Part shown: one piece after another, positions 62,788 through 64,000 of the stretch | Layout of the letters: each line of letters opens with the position of its first letter | Numbering within the stretch: the first letter of the stretch is position 1 | Assembly (NCBI GenBank): GCA_029821875.1 | Contig: JALGXW010000008.1 | Span: 108,713-172,712, forward strand | Length of the DNA stretch: 64,000 nucleotides | Source: Candidatus Hebobacterum abditum | GTDB taxonomy: Bacteria > Armatimonadota > Hebobacteria > Hebobacterales > Hebobacteraceae | Reading direction: 5' to 3' | The notes under the pieces: generated by a model | The model's input: only the letters and a program-made list of their open reading frames with translations | What the model was told of the DNA's origin: nothing | The model's database searches: none | Translations under genes and position numbers: made by a program

Positions 62788-63672
62788 CTACCAGCCCTGG
62801 CCGGAGATGAACTCGCCTATGGTCGTGAGCAGGGCGACGAAGAAGTTGCCGGCCCGCGGGCGGATGAAGACATCGGTGGGGGTGAAGTAGGGCCTGAGCA
62901 GCCAGGCCATCTGCGCGCCGACCAGGCCGTAGAGCAGGACCCACCATCGCACCACGGTTTGTACGCCCCTCTGCTCTGCGGGGGTGGGGTGGAGCGCCCG
63001 CGTTCCCCGGAGCTGGAACTGTACTCCGAAGATGCCGGCGACCGCGAACACGGCGACGTTGATCAGCACCGCGAAGTGGTGGCTCCCCGGCGCGGTGAAC
63101 ATGAAGAACCACACGATGGGTGCGAAGCCGATGAGGATGGTGGCGACCACGGCCGTGCTGCTGAAAGCCAGCGCGCATGTCTGCAGCAGGTCGAGGCGGC
63201 TGCCGCGGTAGCAGCTGAACACATACAGCGACGGCAGGCACAGCAGCAGGGTGAGGATCAGCACCCAGGGCAGCTTGATCGGGTCGAACAGAATCTGCCA
63301 GCCGCCGATGCAGATGCCCACCACCAGGCCGTAGAAGATGCTCCCCAGCAGTGTCACCAGGAAGGCATCGAGGATATAGCGGCCGAGGTTCCGCCGCTCG
63401 ACGATGTCCTCGAAGAGATGCTCGCGGTACTTCAGCAGCCACTCGATGAGCGCGATTCGGCCCAGGAAGCCCAGCTTGCGGGGGCCGGGCGGCTCGGGCG
63501 GGGGCCCGGGCGGGGGCGCGGGTGGCGGTGGTGTCGGCGGCGGGGCCGGTGGCTCGGTCGGCGGTGGGAGCGGTATGGACGAGGCCGGTGGCTCTGATCT
63601 CCCCTCTGCGGAGAAGTGCGTCACTGTCGGTCCGCCCACCAATCGCTGAACGCCTGAGAGGTCGTGCGCCAT
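62788..63672 (-). CDS. Polytopic membrane protein paralog with a proline-rich N-terminal extension
   Basis: N-terminal PPTEPPAPPPTPPPPAPPPGPPPEPPGP, then the same 5-TM core as 62068..62772. RBS GGAGGGAG. Confidence 0.55.
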   Translation of the reverse strand: MAHDLSGVQRLVGGPTVTHFSAEGRSEPPASSIPLPPPTEPPAPPPTPPPPAPPPGPPPEPPGPRKLGFLGRIALIEWLLKYREHLFEDIVERRNLGRYILDAFLVTLLGSIFYGLVVGICIGGWQILFDPIKLPWVLILTLLLCLPSLYVFSCYRGSRLDLLQTCALAFSSTAVVATILIGFAPIVWFFMFTAPGSHHFAVLINVAVFAVAGIFGVQFQLRGTRALHPTPAEQRGVQTVVRWWVLLYGLVGAQMAWLLRPYFTPTDVFIRPRAGNFFVALLTTIGEFISGQGW

Positions 63673-63794
63673 GGCAGTCTCCCTCCAGAGCGACGGCAGT
63701 CGCCGAGCAGGAGCGGACTCCCTGCCCGGCCGCGATCACCCTTCCACCAGCGGCGCCGCGTCTCCTGCGCAGGGCGCGACGACGGGGGGACGAC

Positions 63795-63840
63795 CCATTC
63801 GGCTTCGCTCAGGGCAGGCCGGCGATGCGTCCCCGTGACG
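63795..63840. repeat. Family B repeat fragment (CCCATTCGGCTTCGCTCAGGGCAGGCCGGCGATGCG)
   Basis: Matches unit 3 of the 60381-60557 array (CCCGTTCGGCTTCGCTCAGGGCCGGCC). Confidence 0.45.
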
Positions 63841-64000
63841 GCCGGGAGCCTGCCGACTCCCGGGGGATGGCTTGGCAGGCGGCCTCGCCGGAGGCCACCT
63901 GGGCGCCGAGCAACTTGTGGCTTGAAGTGAACACGCGAGCTGTCCGACCCCGAGGAGGGCTAAGCGTCGCGCCGAAGAGCACTCCCGTCACGCCTGCAAT

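Noticed and set aside
1-64000. Search for rRNA, tRNA, tmRNA, transposase or integrase genes and prophage hallmarks
   Set aside because: No sequence resembling a 16S/23S/5S conserved block, no convincing cloverleaf-forming tRNA candidates, and no transposase/integrase/capsid/terminase-like ORFs were recognised by eye. Covariance-model scans (tRNAscan-SE, Infernal/Rfam) would be needed to exclude small RNAs.

Overview
The window is a 64 kb chromosomal segment of a high-GC (roughly 65-70%) bacterium. The bacterium is probably from the Planctomycetota/Verrucomicrobiota lineage or Armatimonadota. I infer this from the many 'prepilin-type N-terminal cleavage/methylation + DUF1559 (H-X9-DG)' proteins, an SLH-domain surface protein, a GspG-like pseudopilin and an ECF sigma/anti-sigma pair. 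No rRNA, tRNA, CRISPR array or transposase was recognised.

Most of the window is a carbohydrate-utilisation neighbourhood. It contains two GH42 beta-galactosidases, a GH51-like arabinofuranosidase, a beta-helix protein, an L-arabinose catabolic operon (FucI/AraA-like isomerase, araB, araD), an FGGY kinase with a class II aldolase, GH4, GH5, an oligogalacturonate lyase, a GH50-like hydrolase and two Gfo/Idh/MocA oxidoreductases.

On that background there are several features that look accessory:

- A low-GC island at ~20.1-23.4 kb. It carries a B12-binding radical SAM enzyme with a cysteine-rich SPASM/twitch-like C-terminal extension, directly preceded by a small ORF. It could be a RiPP-like or peptide-modification cluster.
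- A second lower-GC island at ~49.3-52.7 kb. It carries a HAD/NT5C-type 5'-nucleotidase, a 4-TM membrane protein and a stand-alone SIR2_2-like protein. It is a candidate anti-phage defence locus.
- A small membrane ORF at 46391-46663 with an in-frame TGA followed 12 nt later by a hairpin. It may be a recoded (selenocysteine) ORF or a pseudogene.
- A pspA / NfeD-like / flotillin membrane-stress module.
- Three families of short interspersed extragenic repeats, including a tandem array at 60.4 kb. There are also direct repeats bracketing an FAD-oxidase gene, and a GIY-YIG ORF inserted over the 3' end of the oligogalacturonate lyase gene.

Many long antisense ORFs in the six-frame track are GC-driven artefacts and were not called.
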